Below are positions 61,101-64,000 of a DNA stretch of 64,000 nt, one piece after another. Below the pieces are notes generated by a model. It worked only from the letters and a program-made list of their open reading frames with translations. It did not search any database and had not been told where the DNA came from. The first letter of the stretch is position 1. The number at the start of each line of letters is the position of its first letter. The DNA comes from Azolla caroliniana (lineage: Eukaryota > Plantae > Polypodiophyta). Location of the stretch: positions 9,424,001 to 9,488,000 of the forward strand of contig JBHGNT010000005.1 in the NCBI GenBank assembly GCA_043228905.1, given 5' to 3'. The translations under genes and the position numbers were made by a program.

Positions 61101-63304
61101 TATGAGGTGCATGACAAGGAATTACTAGCTGTGGTCGACTCATTCGAGCAATGGCATCATTTTCTTGAAGGATCACCTCATCAGATTATCATTTATAGTG
61201 CTCACAAAAATCTCACATATTTTCAAATAGCTCGAGTATTAAATAGACGCCAAGCTTGGTGGGCCCAATTTCTAAAGTGTTTCGATTTCAAGATCATTTT
61301 TCGCCCCGGAAAACAACAAGGGAAAGTAGATGCTTTGTCTCAACGTTCATATCTAGCACTTCGACCTAGAGATCTAGCCTTTGACAATCAAAAGAAAATT
61401 CTCCTCAGGCCATCAAAGCTACAGGTAACAACAATTTATGCCACGCCACTTGATTCTACCCTTCTTGACACTATTCAGCAACAACTTCATTCAGATGATT
61501 TCGCTAAGGATGTCTTAGCCCACTGTGGTTCAAGTCGTCCATCTTGCTCCACATTGCCAAGGTCATCTCAACATTATCAGGACTCCAAGTGGCAAGATGG
61601 CTTACTCTTCTACAATAATCTCCTTTACGTCCGCGACGGATCACCCCGACTTCAAGTGTTGGAACATTGTCATGATGCCCCCATGGTTGGACATTTTGGT
61701 ATTTCCAAGACCATTGAGCTGGTGAAATGTTCGTTTTGGTGGCCTCACTTGCAAAAATTTGTCGAAGATTATGTTCGCACTTGTGACACTTGCTGTCGTG
61801 CCAAAATACCTCGGGATCACCCTTATGGCTTACTACAACCATTACCCCCTCCCAACAGGCCATGGCAATCTATTTCTATGGATTTCATTACGGATCTTCC
61901 ACCTTCCAAAGGGTTTGATACTATTTTAACAGTAGTGGATCGGTTCACCAAGTTGGCACATTTTGTACCATATGTGACCATCAATAGTGAAGAAACTGCA
62001 GATCTCATTATGCGTGAAGTGTTTCGCCATCATGGTCTACCGAATGATATTATTAGCGATCGAGGTCCTCAATTTATCTCACACTTTTGGAAGCACCTAT
62101 GGGCAGGCCTCAAAATCTCTTGCAAACTCTCTTCGGCTTATCATCCACAAACTGACGAACAAACAGAGCGCATAAATAAAACGCTCGAGCAATATCTTCA
62201 ATGTTTCATTAGTTATCAACAAGATGATTGGAGTAATATTTTACATCTTGCCGAGTTTGCATACAACACGGTCCACTCTTCTACCAAAGTTACACCTTTC
62301 TTTGCTTACATTGGCAACTACCCTCGATGGTGTATACTGGATCTTCCCGAGGTGTCACGAAACCCTAGTGTGGCGCATCACCTCCACCGAATACAACAAA
62401 TCCAGTTCGAGTTATCGTCACATCTTCAGAAAGCGCAAGCACACCATAAGACCAATGCCGATCGACATCGTCTTAAGTTTCTGTTTAAGGTTGGTGACCG
62501 TGTATGGTTGCTTCATCGTCACATCAAGACTACCCGACCGTGTGCTAAGGTTGACTATCAACGCTTAGGTCCTTTTGTCATCACGGCGCAGATTAATGAG
62601 GCAACATTTCGTCTTAACCTTCCTGCACATATGCGGCTTCACCCTGTCTTTCATAGCTCTCTTTTGGAACCTTGCCGCACCTCTTTAATTCCTAATTGTG
62701 TCGTGCCACCACCGCCTTCTATACAACTTGTGGACGGCCCCGAATACGAGGTAGCTGCTATTTTCGATTCTAAGATTGTGCGCAATAAGATTTATTATCT
62801 AGTTGATTGGCTTGGCTATCCTCCGAGTGATCGCACTTGGGAACCCATCGATAATGTTTGTAATGTTGAAGCTCTGGTCAACGATTTCCATCGTCACTAT
62901 CCAAACAAGCCCGACCCAACAATGTTAACGCTGACTTCCACTCGGCGTTCTCGAAGGAGGGATAGTGTCATGAACACATGACCATTATGGCGTCACCAGG
63001 ACTTGAACCTCGAACCTTGTAATCCATACTTGCAAACCTCAACCATTAAGATAGCTTATTGTTATATGAAACAATAAAAGCTACTTCTTATATTACATTG
63101 ATTATTGTAAAACCTCTAGATTATTCTAGAATGTTCTAGAATGTCCTAGAGCATTCTACAACATTCTAGAAATCTCTAAGCTATTCTATAGGAACCTATA
63201 AATAACACCAGTCTTTAGCTCTCATTACATATCTTGTATCCATTCTCTTTCTTTCTCTATCTTATACATCCATTCTTCTATTAGCATTTCGTTTCTTTCT
63301 TCTC
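57694..63304 (+). mobile_element. Element G: Tcn1/Tf1-type chromovirus; 3' LTR interrupted by J
   Basis: 5' LTR 57694-58140; 3' LTR from 62966; PPT GAAGGAGGGATAG; gag, PR, RT (YLDDL), RH, INT and chromodomain. Confidence 0.95.
58219..62981 (+). pseudogene. G gag and pol with C-terminal chromodomain
   Basis: CLYCGGPRHIAIHC; EYEVAAIFDSKIVRNKIYYLVDWLGYPPSDRTWEP; several stops and frameshifts. Confidence 0.92.
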
Positions 63305-64000
63305 TGTGAACGTAAGTGTTTGCGGAAGCATAAAACAGAGAACAACACATAGAGAGAGAGAGAGAGGGAGAGACAAAGAGAGCATAACACAATTTCAAAA
63401 TTATATCAAAACTCTGTCTACACACTGTGCTAAGTAGCACTATTTATACAAGTCCTCTTGGGACTGACAGAAGTACCATGTACTTCAATGCTCACACGAG
63501 CATCTGACACATACTACGAGACTATAGATACCTAGTAGTCTATCCTATTCTAGGCTTCCGATTGGACTGCCGGTTACGGATTGCACCGGGCCTCCACTGC
63601 TTGCCGGTTCAGTTGCTCACCGTCATACCGATCCGTTTCGCCCAATCCGTCTCGCTTACCGGCTCCGGCTTATTCAGCCGATCCGGCTCCGGTTGAGCTT
63701 GCCGCTCAACACTCCCCCTCAAGCTCAACCTGAGGTGGGGTCGTAGTGTCGACCTCTGTGGCAGTCGGTTCTTTCAACCGACTTCTCCTGGCGTCACTCC
63801 GCCTTGCTCGCGCTCCTCGTCCGGTCCGGTCCCGTTTGCCGCGACCCATTTGGTTCTGTGTGCCTCGACCCTCTCGGTCGGCATGTCTGCTCAATAGGCC
63901 CATCTCAGCACTCACGTTGTTGTGACTCCGACGCTTGCCGATCCGTCGGTTCTCCCACGATGGCATCGACTTCTGTTGTGTCCGTGTCCCCTTGGCCTTC
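63305..64000 (-). mobile_element. Element J: 3' end of a second M-family copia (LTR 63305-63711), running off the window
   Basis: Near-identical to 25450-26120; PPT 63712-63720. Confidence 0.95.

Overview
This is a gene-free, transposon-saturated land-plant window. The lineage mix suggests a fern or other non-seed plant, but that is inference. Nearly all 64 kb resolves into nested retroelements, labelled A-M. Ty1/copia: A (328-5384, -), F (16988-22829, +), M (25450-31364, -, TSD GATAG) and J (63305 to window end, same family as M). Athila/OTA-like Ty3/gypsy with an extra sense ORF after pol: B (5385-15153, -) and D (34238-50697, -). E (15636-24158, TSD ATAAT) is a non-autonomous element related to D. 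C (35446-42492, +) is a tRNA-Trp-primed gypsy with a 4-bp TSD. G, H, K and solo LTR L are Tcn1/Tf1-type self-priming chromovirus elements. There is also a 4-bp-TSD solo LTR (11520-12299) and an L1-type LINE split by H, giving the nest LINE > H > D > C. Main findings: (1) D and E have no polypurine tract; a tRNA-Arg PBS-like motif faces each LTR in opposite orientation, suggesting tRNA priming of both strands or self-pairing. (2) The background DNA hides a decayed spliced gene with a CACTA-type CxCxxC motif joined to a SET-like domain start. (3) Antisense tRNA-like A/B-box cassettes and heat-shock-element arrays occur in several LTR families. (4) C has a GGAUUUU + pseudoknot -1 frameshift after Gag-protease and shares the target ATACGCG with the solo LTR. 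Coordinates and LTR difference counts were read by hand; lineage names rest on motifs, not database searches.
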